From contig CAVXLC010000002.1 in NCBI GenBank assembly GCA_963762545.1, positions 1,275,629 through 1,339,628 of the forward strand: a stretch of DNA of 64,000 nt. The letters are read 5' to 3'. This DNA comes from an uncultured Gemmatimonadales bacterium (GTDB lineage Bacteria > Gemmatimonadota > Gemmatimonadetes > Gemmatimonadales > GWC2-71-9). Made by a program: the position numbers and the translations under genes. Shown here piece after piece: positions 7,714 to 19,778 of the stretch (the first letter of the stretch is position 1; each line of letters opens with the position of its first letter). Below the pieces are notes generated by a model. That model was not told where the DNA came from. It searched no databases and worked only from the letters and a program-made list of their open reading frames with translations.

Positions 7714-9389
7714 TAGAACAATCCCTCGATGCGGCCGTCTGCGTGGACCCGGATGTTCTCGGCGGCGGGGGTCTTCGACAGGCCCGGCATGGTCATGATG
7801 TCTCCGGCCAGCGCGACCACGAAGCCGGCGCCGGCGGATGCGTAGACATCGCGAATGGTAAGGCGAAAGCCGGTGGGGCGCCCCAGCTTGGTGGGGTCGT
7901 CGCTGAACGAGTACTGCGTCTTGGCCATGCAGATCGGCGTCTTGCCCATGCCCATGGCCTCGCACTGCGCGATGGAGCGATCGGCGGCGGCCTGATAGTC
8001 GACGCCGGCCGCGCCGTAGATCCGGGTGGCGATGAGCTCGATCTTCTGCTTGATGGGGAGCGCGGTGTCGTAGATCGGCGCGAAGTGCGCGTCGCCCTGG
8101 TCCAGCGCGGCCAGGATTTCCCGGGCCACGGCCTCGCCGCCTTCCCCGCCCCGGGCCCACACGTCCGACAGCGCGGCCCGCACGCCCCAGCCCCGCGCCG
8201 CGGCCAGCACCGCGTCCTGCTCCTCCGGCGTGTCGGAGACGAAGCGGTTGAGCGCCACGATCACCGGGAGGCCGAACTGCTGCATGTTGCGGACGTGGCC
8301 CTCGAGATTAGCCAGCCCCCGGGTGACCGCGGCGCGATCCGGAGTGCCGAGCGCGTCCTTCTTGACGCCGCCGTGCATCTTGAGCGCCCGCACCGTCGCC
8401 ACGATCACCGCGGCCTCGGGATTGAGCCCGCCCAGCCGGCACTTGATGTCCAGGAATTTCTCGGCGCCGAGGTCGGCACCGAACCCGGCCTCGGTCATCA
8501 CGATGTCGGCGAGGGAGAGTCCCAGCCTGGTGGCCATCAGCGAATTGCAGCCGTGCGCGATGTTGCCGAACGGACCGCCGTGCACCAGCGCGGGTCCGCC
8601 CTCCAGGGTCTGCACCAGATTCGGGAGAATCGCATCCCGCAGGAGCAGGGTCATGGCGCCGGAGGCCTTGAGCTCCGCCGCGGTCACCGGCTTCTTGTCG
8701 CGGGTCAGGCCCACGATGATCCGGCCGAGCCGGGCTTCCAGGTCCGTGAGGTCGGAGGCGAGACAGAGAATCGCCATGATCTCGCTGCCCGGCACGATCA
8801 CGAACCGGTCTTCCCGGGTGGGGCCGCCGTTGAGGCCGCCCAGCCCGGTGATGATCGAGCGCAGCGCCCGATCGTTCATGTCGATGGTGCGGGGCCAGGT
8901 GATCCGGCGGGTGTCCAGCCCCAGCGCGTTCCCGTGATGCAGGTGGTTGTCGAGCATCGCGGAGAGGAGATTGTGCGCCGAGGTGATGGCGTGAAAATCC
9001 CCGGTGAAGTGCAGGTTGATCTCGTCCATCGGGATGACCTGGGCGTAGCCCCCGCCGGCCGCGCCGCCCTTGACCCCGAACACCGGCCCGAGCGACGGCT
9101 CCCGGATGCAGACCACCACCTTCTTGCCGAGCCGGCGGAGCGCCTGGCTCACGCCCACGGTCACCGTGGACTTGCCCTCGCCCGCCGGCGTGGGGCTGAT
9201 GCCGGTCACCAGGACGAGGCGGCCGGCGGGCTTCCGGGCCCGGATCGCCGCCATGGTGATCTTGGCCTTGGTGTGGCCGTACGGCAGGATTTCGGCGGGC
9301 GAGAGGCCCACGTCGGCGGCGACGTCGGCGATCGGTCTCGGCCTGGCGGCCTGGGCGATGTCGATATCGGATGGAACCGTGGGACTCAC
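7713..9389 (-). CDS. fhs: Formate--tetrahydrofolate ligase
   Basis: 558 aa: SDIDIAQAA..I..VA...GL......PYG..KAK..LVLVTGISPTPAGEGKSTVTVG..EPSLGPVFGVKGGAAGGGY.QV.PM..INLHFTGD.HA.. Confidence 0.95.
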   Translation of the reverse strand: MSPTVPSDIDIAQAARPRPIADVAADVGLSPAEILPYGHTKAKITMAAIRARKPAGRLVLVTGISPTPAGEGKSTVTVGVSQALRRLGKKVVVCIREPSLGPVFGVKGGAAGGGYAQVIPMDEINLHFTGDFHAITSAHNLLSAMLDNHLHHGNALGLDTRRITWPRTIDMNDRALRSIITGLGGLNGGPTREDRFVIVPGSEIMAILCLASDLTDLEARLGRIIVGLTRDKKPVTAAELKASGAMTLLLRDAILPNLVQTLEGGPALVHGGPFGNIAHGCNSLMATRLGLSLADIVMTEAGFGADLGAEKFLDIKCRLGGLNPEAAVIVATVRALKMHGGVKKDALGTPDRAAVTRGLANLEGHVRNMQQFGLPVIVALNRFVSDTPEEQDAVLAAARGWGVRAALSDVWARGGEGGEAVAREILAALDQGDAHFAPIYDTALPIKQKIELIATRIYGAAGVDYQAAADRSIAQCEAMGMGKTPICMAKTQYSFSDDPTKLGRPTGFRLTIRDVYASAGAGFVVALAGDIMTMPGLSKTPAAENIRVHADGRIEGLF

Positions 9390-9404
9390 GTCGGATCTCC
9401 CGTT

Positions 9405-10172
9405 CTAGGCCGCGATGCGCCGTCCGAAGAGGCGGCGAGCGTTGGCGGTGGTGATCCCTGCCACTTCCTCCGGCGAGAGGCCGAGCACCGCGGCCAGCCG
9501 CGCGGCGACGTGCACCACCAGCGCCGGCTCGTTCCGGGCGCCGCGATGCGGCACCGGGGCCAGGTAGGGCGCGTCGGTCTCCACCAGCAGCCGCTCGGGC
9601 GGCACCCGGCGGATGGCGTCGTCCTGGCGCCAGTTCTTGAAGGTGATCATGCCGCTGAAGGAGACGTAGTGGCCGAGCACCAGCCCCGCGTCCAGCAGCG
9701 CCGGCCCGCTGCTGAACGAGTGCAGCACCGCCACGGTGTCCGGGTGATTCCGGAGCACCGCGGCGACGTCGTCATCGGCCTCCCGCGCGTGGATGACCGC
9801 GGGCTTGCCCGCCGCCGCGGCGAGGTCCATCTGGGCGTCGAACGCGACCCGCTGGCGGTCCCGGGGCGCATAGTCGTAGTGATAGTCCAGCCCCATCTCG
9901 CCGGCCGCCACCACCCGCTCGTCGGTGAGCCGCTGGCGGAGCCACTCGGCGGCGGCGGCGTCCCAGGCGCTCGCGCCGTGGGGGTGCACCCCGGCGGTGG
10001 CGGAGATCCGCGGGTCGTCCGTCGCCAGCGCGAGGGCCCGGTCGGCAGCCTCCCGGGATTCTCCCACCACCACCAGGTGCGCCACGCCCGCCGCCGCGGC
10101 CCGGTCCACCGCCGCGCGGGCGTCACCGGCGAAGGCGGCGTCCGCGAGGTGGCAGTGGGTGTCGACCAGCAC
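9405..10172 (-). CDS. TatD-family metal-dependent hydrolase/DNase
   Basis: MLVDTHCHL..GVHPH..GE.GLDYHYD...RD.Q...F..Q..LA...GKP..IH.REA..D....L......VLHSFSG....A......G.YVSFSG..TFK......LLVETDAPYL.P.P.RG..NEPA. Confidence 0.9.
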   Translation of the reverse strand: MLVDTHCHLADAAFAGDARAAVDRAAAAGVAHLVVVGESREAADRALALATDDPRISATAGVHPHGASAWDAAAAEWLRQRLTDERVVAAGEMGLDYHYDYAPRDRQRVAFDAQMDLAAAAGKPAVIHAREADDDVAAVLRNHPDTVAVLHSFSSGPALLDAGLVLGHYVSFSGMITFKNWRQDDAIRRVPPERLLVETDAPYLAPVPHRGARNEPALVVHVAARLAAVLGLSPEEVAGITTANARRLFGRRIAA

Positions 10173-10185
10173 GACGGGCCGCGGC

Positions 10186-12801
10186 TCAGGCCTTCCGCGG
10201 GCTGGGGGCCGGGATCGGCGCGCGGCTCGGCGCCGGCGCGCGCACGCCCCGCGCGTGGGCGCCGGGCCACCGGGTTTCGATGTACATGAGCACCGGCGCC
10301 GCGATGTAGATCGAGGAGAAGGTGCCGGTGAACACCCCGAAGAACATGACCAGCGCGAAGGGGCGGATCACCTCGCCGCCGAAGAGCGCCAGCGCCATCA
10401 GGGTCGAGAGCGTGGTACCGTGGGTCAGGATGCTCCGCGGCAGGGTCTCGTTGATCGAGCGATTCAGGACGTCGTAGAACGACTCCTTGGGGTGCTTCTT
10501 CAGGTTTTCCCGGGCCCGGTCGAAGATGATGATGGTGTCGTTGAGCGAATAGCCCACCATCGTCAGCACGCCGGCCACCACGACCAGGCTCACCTCGAGG
10601 TGGATCACCGCGATGAAGCCGATCGTGGCCAGGATGTCGTGCGCCGTGGCCGCGACGGCCGCGAGGCCGAAGCGCCATTCGAAGCGATAGGCCAGGTACG
10701 CCAGCACCGCGAGGAAGGAGAGCAGAATCGCCAGCAGGGCGCGCTGGCGGAGCTCGCCGCCGACCTTGGGTCCCACCGCCTCGATGCCGGAGGTGGTGTA
10801 CTTCCCCGCGCCGATCACGTTGTCGAGCGCCTTCCCGACCAGTGCCGAGGTGGCCTGGGTGTCGTTGGCGTCGCCGGTGACGCTGGACCGGGCCCGCACC
10901 ACCCACTCCCCCGGCCCCCCGAAGGGCTGGATCTCGGAGCCCCGGAGCCCGCTGCCGTCGAGCGCCGCGCGGAGCTGGGCGTCGTTCAGCGCGGCCGACG
11001 TCTTGATCTGGATCTTGGTGCCACCGGTGAACTCGATGCTGTAGTTGACGCCCCGGAGCAGCAGGAACGCCAGCCCGATGCCCAGGATGACCGCGGTGAG
11101 CCCGTAGGCGTACTTCCGCACGCCGATGAAATCGTAGTGCGCGTCCTTGAACAGCCGGACCTTGCCGACGCTGAGCGTGGCGGCGTCGGGACGCCGCTTC
11201 TGCCAGAACATGTAGAGGGTTCGGGTGATGAACACCGCGGAGATCATCGAGGCCGCGATACCCATGATGAGGGTGACCGCAAACCCCTTGACCGGCCCGG
11301 TGCCGAACTGGAAGAGGAAGAGCGCCGTGAGCACGGTGGCCAGGTTGGAGTCGATGATGGCGGGCATGGCGTGCTTGAAGCCCTCGTCCACCGCCAGGCG
11401 CACCGTCTTGCCGTGGACCAGCTCCTCGCGGATCCGCTCGAAGATCAGCACGTTGGCGTCCACCGCGATGCTGATCGACAGCACCAGGCCCGCGATGCCG
11501 GGCAGCGTCAGCGTGGCTTCCATCATGGCCAGGCCGCCCAGCGCGAAGAGCACGTAGAACGCCAGGGCGACGACCGCCAGCACGCCGCTCAAGGCGTAGT
11601 AGCCCAGCATGATCAGGATCACCAGCGCGGTGCCCACGATGCCGGCCAGGATGCCGCCCTTGATCGAGTCCGCGCCCAGCGAGGCGCCGACCTGGCGCTC
11701 CTCGACGATCTTGAGCGGCACCGGCAGCGAGCCGGCCCGCAGCGTGAGCGCCAGGTCCTGGGCTTCCTGGAGCGACCGGTTCCCCATGGTGATCTGCCCG
11801 CTCCGGGTGATCTGTCCCTGGATCACCGGGGGCCGGCCCTGGACCCGTCCATCGAGCACGATCGCCATGAAATCGCCGAGGTGCCGGGCGGTTTCCTTGC
11901 CGAAGATCCGGCCGCCGGAATTGTTGAGCTCGAACCGGACGATGGGGCCGTTGGTCAGGGGGTCGATCGCGGCGGTGGCGTTGATGAGCTGCTCGCCGGT
12001 GATGATCGGCTTCTCGTCCACGGCGTAGAGCAGCCGGTACTGGTTGACGCCGAGGCTGGTCGGCTGGCCGGCCCAGAGGAACTGGATGTTCCGGGGCCAC
12101 AGCGCCTTGATCTGGGGCAGGTTCAGCAGGCTGTCCACCCGGGGGTAGGCGCCCTCGGCCACGACGAATTCGCCGGGCGTGGCCTGGATGCCGGCGGCAT
12201 TGGCCGGCTGGATCAGCCCTGCCAGCACGCCGCCGACCACCGCGGCGGTGTCGGCGGCCGCCTTCGAGGTATCGCCGCCGAGGAGCTGTTGCACCGCCGA
12301 CGGCTTGGGCGCGCCGGCCGGCGCGGCCACGCCGAGCGAGCGCAGGGTCCGGTCCATCGAGGGCAGGACCCGCTCGAACGACCCGGCCTTGTCGGTGATC
12401 CGGAATTCCAGATAGGCGCTGCGCTGGACGATGCCCTTGGCGCGGGCCGGATCGCGGATGCCGGCGAGCTCGACCACGATGCGGCAGCATCCCTCCTGCT
12501 GGATGAGCGGCTCGGTCACGCCGAATTCGTCGAGCCGCTTCCGGAGGACCTGGAGCGCCTTTTCGATATCTGCCTTGGGATCGGCGGAGACCTTCTTGGC
12601 CTGGTCGAGCTCGAGCGCGAGGTGCATGCCGCCCTGGAGGTCGAGGCCGAGCTTGAGGGGCACCTGGGTGACCAGGGAATCCCGCATCACGCCATTGTCG
12701 CCCCGCTCCCGCAGGGTGATCTGGCGAGGGTAGAGATAGAAGAGCGAGGTGGCGACCAGCACCCCGATCAGAATCAGCCGGTTCCGGATCGATCCGAACA
12801 T
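10186..12801 (-). CDS. secDF: Fused protein-export membrane protein SecD/SecF
   Basis: 871 aa. The N-terminal part is SecD-like (LGLDLQGGMHL.LE; IVELAGI.DP..AK; 6 TM helices). The C-terminal part is SecF-like (DF.G.RK......A.L..IG; INYSIEFTGGT; SLND.II.FDR.REN). Confidence 0.95.
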   Translation of the reverse strand: MFGSIRNRLILIGVLVATSLFYLYPRQITLRERGDNGVMRDSLVTQVPLKLGLDLQGGMHLALELDQAKKVSADPKADIEKALQVLRKRLDEFGVTEPLIQQEGCCRIVVELAGIRDPARAKGIVQRSAYLEFRITDKAGSFERVLPSMDRTLRSLGVAAPAGAPKPSAVQQLLGGDTSKAAADTAAVVGGVLAGLIQPANAAGIQATPGEFVVAEGAYPRVDSLLNLPQIKALWPRNIQFLWAGQPTSLGVNQYRLLYAVDEKPIITGEQLINATAAIDPLTNGPIVRFELNNSGGRIFGKETARHLGDFMAIVLDGRVQGRPPVIQGQITRSGQITMGNRSLQEAQDLALTLRAGSLPVPLKIVEERQVGASLGADSIKGGILAGIVGTALVILIMLGYYALSGVLAVVALAFYVLFALGGLAMMEATLTLPGIAGLVLSISIAVDANVLIFERIREELVHGKTVRLAVDEGFKHAMPAIIDSNLATVLTALFLFQFGTGPVKGFAVTLIMGIAASMISAVFITRTLYMFWQKRRPDAATLSVGKVRLFKDAHYDFIGVRKYAYGLTAVILGIGLAFLLLRGVNYSIEFTGGTKIQIKTSAALNDAQLRAALDGSGLRGSEIQPFGGPGEWVVRARSSVTGDANDTQATSALVGKALDNVIGAGKYTTSGIEAVGPKVGGELRQRALLAILLSFLAVLAYLAYRFEWRFGLAAVAATAHDILATIGFIAVIHLEVSLVVVAGVLTMVGYSLNDTIIIFDRARENLKKHPKESFYDVLNRSINETLPRSILTHGTTLSTLMALALFGGEVIRPFALVMFFGVFTGTFSSIYIAAPVLMYIETRWPGAHARGVRAPAPSRAPIPAPSPRKA

Positions 12802-12808
12802 CGTTCGC

Positions 12809-13765
12809 TCATCGCGCCGCGGAGGGGCGCACGGTTGAGGTCAGCGGGACCCGCGCCAGAATCCTGAGCGCCGCGTCCCGATCCAGCGCGAGCTGCGCGC
12901 GCAGGGCATCCAGCGAGGGAAACCGCTGGACGTCGCGCAGCCGCTCCACCCACTGCACCCGCACCATCCGGCCGTACAGGTCCTGCTGCACCCCGAACAG
13001 GTGCGCCTCGACGGACCGCCGGGGATCACCCACGGTGGGCCGGGGCCCCTGATTGAGCATTGCGCCGGCGGTGCCGCCGCCCCACTCCACCAGCGCCGCG
13101 TAGACGCCGTCCGGCGGCAAGGCCTTCTCCGGCGGCGGACCCTCGAGGTTGACCGTCGGCATGCCGATCGCGCGCCCCCGCCCCGCTCCGGCAACCACCC
13201 GGGCCGTGATCCGGTAGGGGCGGCCCAGCCACTCGGTCACCCGGTCCAGATCCCCGGCCCCGAGCGCGGTACGAATCCGGGTGCTCGAGATGGCATCGCC
13301 CCGCGCATCGGGCACCGGATCCACGACCGACACCGCGAACCCCAGCCGCTGGCCCAGCGCCGGCAGGTTCTGGCGGTCGGCGCCGCGGCCGTGCCCGAAG
13401 GCGTGATCGGCGCCCAGCACCAGCTCCTTCATCCCGCAGCGCGCCAGCAGCACGCTGGTCACGAAGTCCTCGGCGGGGAGGGCGGCCAGCGCCGCGTCGA
13501 ACCGGAGCACCACCACCCGCTCGAGCCCCAGCTCGGTCACCATCTCGAGCCGCTCGACCGGCAGGGTGAGCCGGGCCGGCGCGCCCCCCCGGGCCAGGAC
13601 CGACGCGGGATGCGGCTCGAAGGTCACCAGGACCGGGGCGGCGCCCCGCGCCCTGGCGCGCTCGGTCACCCGGGCGATGATGGCCTGATGCCCGAGGTGC
13701 ACCCCGTCGAAGGAGCCGACCGTCACCACGCTGCCGTCGGGAAACAGCCACCCCGACCCGCTCAT
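12809..13765 (-). CDS. ribF: Bifunctional riboflavin kinase / FMN adenylyltransferase
   Basis: ORF 12809..14440 trimmed to the ATG at 13765 (ATGA overlap with the truB stop). Sequence: VVTVGSFDGVHLGHQAII..VVTFEPHP..LT..E.RLE.....G.....VL.FD...A.....DF......GADH.FG..R.G.......G......V.......ISS.RIR..L..G......LGRPY...G.V..G..RGR..G.PT.N. Confidence 0.9.
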   Translation of the reverse strand: MSGSGWLFPDGSVVTVGSFDGVHLGHQAIIARVTERARARGAAPVLVTFEPHPASVLARGGAPARLTLPVERLEMVTELGLERVVVLRFDAALAALPAEDFVTSVLLARCGMKELVLGADHAFGHGRGADRQNLPALGQRLGFAVSVVDPVPDARGDAISSTRIRTALGAGDLDRVTEWLGRPYRITARVVAGAGRGRAIGMPTVNLEGPPPEKALPPDGVYAALVEWGGGTAGAMLNQGPRPTVGDPRRSVEAHLFGVQQDLYGRMVRVQWVERLRDVQRFPSLDALRAQLALDRDAALRILARVPLTSTVRPSAAR

Positions 13766-14598
13766 GCCAGCACCACCACGGGATGCCACCCGCCCGGTAC
13801 CGCGCGGGCCACCGCCAGGAGCCGGCTTCCGTCGAGCAGCGCCGCCTCGCCCTCGGTGGGCCCGTCCCGGAACACGATCCGGCCATGGCCGACGGCGGTC
13901 ACCTCGTCCGGGCTGAGCTCGACCGGCGGCAGCTCGCCCACCAGGGCCCGGGCGGGCAGCGGCGCTTCGCGGCCGGTGAGCTCCGCGAGCGGCGTGGCCT
14001 GCTCCACGGTCCAGGGGCCGATCCGCTCGCGGCGCAGCTCGGTGAGGTGCGCCCCCACGCCGAGGTGCCGGCCGAGGTCGCGCCCCAGCGCGCGGATGTA
14101 GGTGCCCGGGCTCACCTCCGCCCGAAACGACAGCATCGGCGGCGCATACTCCAGGAGCTCGAGGGAGAACACCGTCACCTCCACCGGTTCCGGCTGCGGT
14201 GTGCCGCCCCGTCGTGCCACCCGGTGGCTGCGCTCTCCCTCGATCCGCTTGGCCGAGTAGGCGGGCGGCCGCTGGCGAATGACGCCCCGCAGCCCCGCGA
14301 TCGCGGCCTCCACCTCGCTCCGGGCCGGCCAGGCGTCGGGCGCCTGCTCGGCGAGCACCGCGCCGGTCCGGTCGTCGGTGTCGGTCGTGACGCCCAGCCG
14401 CACCTCGGCGCGGTAGACCTTGCGGTGCCGCTCCACCCATCGGGCCAGCCGGGTGGCCCCGCCGAACACCAGGATCAGGAGCCCGGTGGCGAATGGGTCG
14501 AGGGTTCCGGTATGCCCCACCGCCCTGGTGCGAAAGAGCCGCCGGGCGCGGGCCACGACATCGTGCGAGGTGGGACCCTGCGGCTTGTCCACCAGCAC
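13762..14598 (-). CDS. truB: tRNA pseudouridine(55) synthase
   Basis: Start is GTG. Sequence: LVDKPQGPTSHDVV...RR......VGHTGTLDPFATGLL.L..G.ATRL......H.K.Y.A...LG..TDT.D..G. Confidence 0.9.
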   Translation of the reverse strand: MLVDKPQGPTSHDVVARARRLFRTRAVGHTGTLDPFATGLLILVFGGATRLARWVERHRKVYRAEVRLGVTTDTDDRTGAVLAEQAPDAWPARSEVEAAIAGLRGVIRQRPPAYSAKRIEGERSHRVARRGGTPQPEPVEVTVFSLELLEYAPPMLSFRAEVSPGTYIRALGRDLGRHLGVGAHLTELRRERIGPWTVEQATPLAELTGREAPLPARALVGELPPVELSPDEVTAVGHGRIVFRDGPTEGEAALLDGSRLLAVARAVPGGWHPVVVLA

Positions 14599-14606
14599 CG
14601 CCCCGT

Positions 14607-14972
14607 TCAGTCCCCCGACTCCCGCTTGAGGTCGGCCAGCACCGCGTTGATCCGGGCGGCGTGCTCCAGGCCTCGGTCGAGCGAGAAGTGCAGCTCGGGG
14701 ATGGTGCGGGTGGCCAGCGCCTTGGCGACGCGGCCGCGCAGGAACCCCGCGGCGCTCTTGAGTCCCTCGAGCGCCTTCAGCCGCTCCGGCTCCTCGCCCT
14801 GCGCCATGACGTACACGTCGGCGTGGGACAGGTCACCGCTCACCACGACGCGGGTGACGGTGACGAAGCCGATCCGGGGATCGCGCACCTCGCGGGCGAT
14901 GGCCTCGGCCAGCACCTGGCGCACGATCTCGCCGACCTGCTCCGGACGGCGCCGCGACCCGCCTTTTCCCAT
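14607..14972 (-). CDS. rbfA: Ribosome-binding factor A
   Basis: 121 aa: R..QV.E.VRQ.LAE.I.REV.DPR.GFVT.T.V.VS.DL.HA.VY. It occupies the classic infB-rbfA-truB position. Confidence 0.9.
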   Translation of the reverse strand: MGKGGSRRRPEQVGEIVRQVLAEAIAREVRDPRIGFVTVTRVVVSGDLSHADVYVMAQGEEPERLKALEGLKSAAGFLRGRVAKALATRTIPELHFSLDRGLEHAARINAVLADLKRESGD

Positions 14973-14984
14973 GGCCCCGCCGCC

Positions 14985-17855
<2,871 letters not shown>

Positions 17856-17866
17856 TCAATCCTCCG

Positions 17867-18175
17867 TCAACCCTGCCCAGCCGCCCCGGCCCGGACGATC
17901 CCGTCCGCGAGCGCGGCATCCCGAACCCCGGCCACCATCACCGGGGGCTTGCCCAGCCGGGCGCCCAGCACCGCGGCTTCCGGCCCCTCCACCTGCGGTA
18001 CGCCCAGCGCCGTCGCGAGCCGCACCACCTTCTCGCGGGCCCGCTGGCTGGCATCCTTCGCGACGACCAGGCACCGGCACTCCCGCGCCTGGAGACTGCG
18101 CCGCACCGCGTCCACGCCGACCACCACGTTCCCGGCCCGGATCCCGAGGCCGAGCAATCCCAGCACGCCGCTCAT
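17867..18175 (-). CDS. L7Ae/YlxQ-family RNA-binding protein
   Basis: 102 aa: LGLGIRAGNVVVGVDAVRRSL.....CLVVA.DAS.....KV..LA...GVP. It sits in the conserved position between nusA and infB and has an ATGA overlap with the nusA stop. Confidence 0.75.
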   Translation of the reverse strand: MSGVLGLLGLGIRAGNVVVGVDAVRRSLQARECRCLVVAKDASQRAREKVVRLATALGVPQVEGPEAAVLGARLGKPPVMVAGVRDAALADGIVRAGAAGQG

Positions 18176-19506
18176 GAAGCCGGCTTCTCGTCCTCCCCGG
18201 ACTCCTCGGCCGTGAGATCGGCGAGGAAGGCCATCAGCTCTTCCGCGACGGGAGTCGTCATGCCCGGCACCTTGTCGATGTCCTCGCGCTCCAGGTCCAG
18301 GATGTCATTGAGCGTCCGGTAGCCCGCCTGGTCGAGGATGGACAGCACCTCGGGCGAGAGACCCTTGAGCTCCGAGAGCGCCACCTTGGCCGCGTTCGAG
18401 GAGGCTTCCTCTTCCTCGAGCGGGGCCAGGGTGAACAAGGGGCCCTCGCCGCCGCGCTCCAGCCATTCGCGGCTGGAGTACAGGTCGATCTTCCAGCCGG
18501 TGAGCTCCGACGCCAGCCGCACGTTCTGCCCGTTGCGCCCGATGGCGAGCGAGAGCTGGTCTTCGTCCACCACGGCCTGGATGGTCTTGCTCTCCGGATC
18601 GGAGAACACCTTGGCCACCCGCGCGGGCGCCAGCGACAGCCGGGCAAACCGCTCCGGATCGGGCGACCAGGGCACGATGTCGATGCGCTCGCCGCCCAGC
18701 TCGTTCACCACCGCCTGCACCCGGGAGCCCTTGAGTCCGACGCAGGCGCCGACCGGATCGATGGCATCGTCCTTCGAGATGACGGCCACCTTGGTGCGGC
18801 TGCCGACTTCCCGCGCAATGGCGCGGATCTCGACAACCGCCTGGGCGATTTCCGGCACCTCGAGCTTGAAGAGCGCCGCCACGAACATCGGATCGCCCCG
18901 CGAGAGTACGAGCCGGGGACCCTTGGGAGTTTCTTCCAGGCGCTTGAGCACCGCGCGGATGGTGTCGCCCTGGTGGAAGTGCTCCCGGTGGTTCTGCTCC
19001 CGGTAGGGGATGATGGCCTCCGCTTCCCGGAACTTGTTCAGCATGAGCACCAGCTTGCCCCGCTCGATCTGCTGGACCTCGCCGGAGAGGAGCTCGCCCA
19101 CCTTGTCCCCGAACTCCTCGCGGATCTTGGTGCGCTCGCCTTCGCGCACCCGCTGGATGATGCGCTGCTTGGCGGCCTGCACCGCGAGCCGGCCGAAGTC
19201 GGTAAAGGGGATCTCCTCCTCGAGCACGTCCCCGACCTGAAACTCGGGATCCTCGAACCGGGCGTCTTCGAGGGAGACCTGGGCACTCGAGTCCTCCACC
19301 GTCTCAACGACGGTGCGGAGCCGCATCACGCGCACACTGCCCTGGAGCTCGTCCACGTCCAGCTCGAAGCGGACGTTGGGGCCGAACTTCCGGGCCAGGG
19401 CGGCGTGAATGCCGTCCCGGAGCAACTCCAGCAGATCGGAGCGATCCAGTTGTTTTGTCGTCGTCAGCTCGCGAAACGCGGCCAACATCTCGGCTGAACC
19501 CGCCAT
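18172..19506 (-). CDS. nusA: Transcription termination/antitermination factor NusA
   Basis: 444 aa. It contains an N-terminal domain, an S1 domain (GELLSGEVQQIERGKLVLML), KH1/KH2 (PRLVLSR..P.FV..LF..EVPEI..G.VEI..IAREVG.RTKVAV; CVG.KGSRVQAVV.ELGGE.IDIV.WS) and a C-terminal HhH-like region. Confidence 0.95.
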   Translation of the reverse strand: MAGSAEMLAAFRELTTTKQLDRSDLLELLRDGIHAALARKFGPNVRFELDVDELQGSVRVMRLRTVVETVEDSSAQVSLEDARFEDPEFQVGDVLEEEIPFTDFGRLAVQAAKQRIIQRVREGERTKIREEFGDKVGELLSGEVQQIERGKLVLMLNKFREAEAIIPYREQNHREHFHQGDTIRAVLKRLEETPKGPRLVLSRGDPMFVAALFKLEVPEIAQAVVEIRAIAREVGSRTKVAVISKDDAIDPVGACVGLKGSRVQAVVNELGGERIDIVPWSPDPERFARLSLAPARVAKVFSDPESKTIQAVVDEDQLSLAIGRNGQNVRLASELTGWKIDLYSSREWLERGGEGPLFTLAPLEEEEASSNAAKVALSELKGLSPEVLSILDQAGYRTLNDILDLEREDIDKVPGMTTPVAEELMAFLADLTAEESGEDEKPAS

Positions 19507-19610
19507 GCATGCTCCCTACACGTTTGGATACCGGGATCGCTCCGGAGGAGCCGGATGGAACCGGAATAAGAAGGGGGGACCGTGGGAATCGGGGGTGACG
19601 CGACAGGCCG

Positions 19611-19640
19611 AAAACAAAAATGTGGGGGAGCACCCCACAT
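19611..19640 (-). terminator. Rho-independent terminator (minus strand)
   Basis: Minus strand reads ATGTGGGG-TGCTC-CCCCACAT followed by TTTTGTTTT. This is a perfect 8-bp GC-rich stem (19620-19627 / 19633-19640) with a 5-nt loop and a U-tract. It lies 139 nt after the lipoprotein stop and 105 nt before the nusA ATG. Confidence 0.6.
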
Positions 19641-19687
19641 CAAGGTCCAGCGGACCGCTCCCAGTCCCAACCCACTCAAGCGGCGAA

Positions 19688-19716
19688 AAGATACCAGCCC
19701 GGGAGTCCCGAGTCAA
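19688..19716 (-). promoter_or_regulatory. Candidate sigma70-type promoter TTGACT-17-TATCTT (minus strand)
   Basis: The reverse complement of 19711-19716 is TTGACT. The spacer is exactly 17 nt (19694-19710). The reverse complement of 19688-19693 is TATCTT. This is a sequence match only, and it fires toward the terminator at 19611-19640 and nusA. Confidence 0.4.
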
Positions 19717-19778
19717 ATCCCCGAAGGCGGGCTAACCTATTGGCCTGTAAGCCAGCCGCCCCAGTGTCCGGCCGGCAA

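Noticed and set aside
9647-12867. 947-aa (minus strand, other frame) and 980-aa (plus strand) ORFs across tatD and secDF
   Set aside because: Both overlap the clearly identifiable SecDF and TatD reading frames and are Arg/Pro/Gly-rich. They are shadow ORFs.
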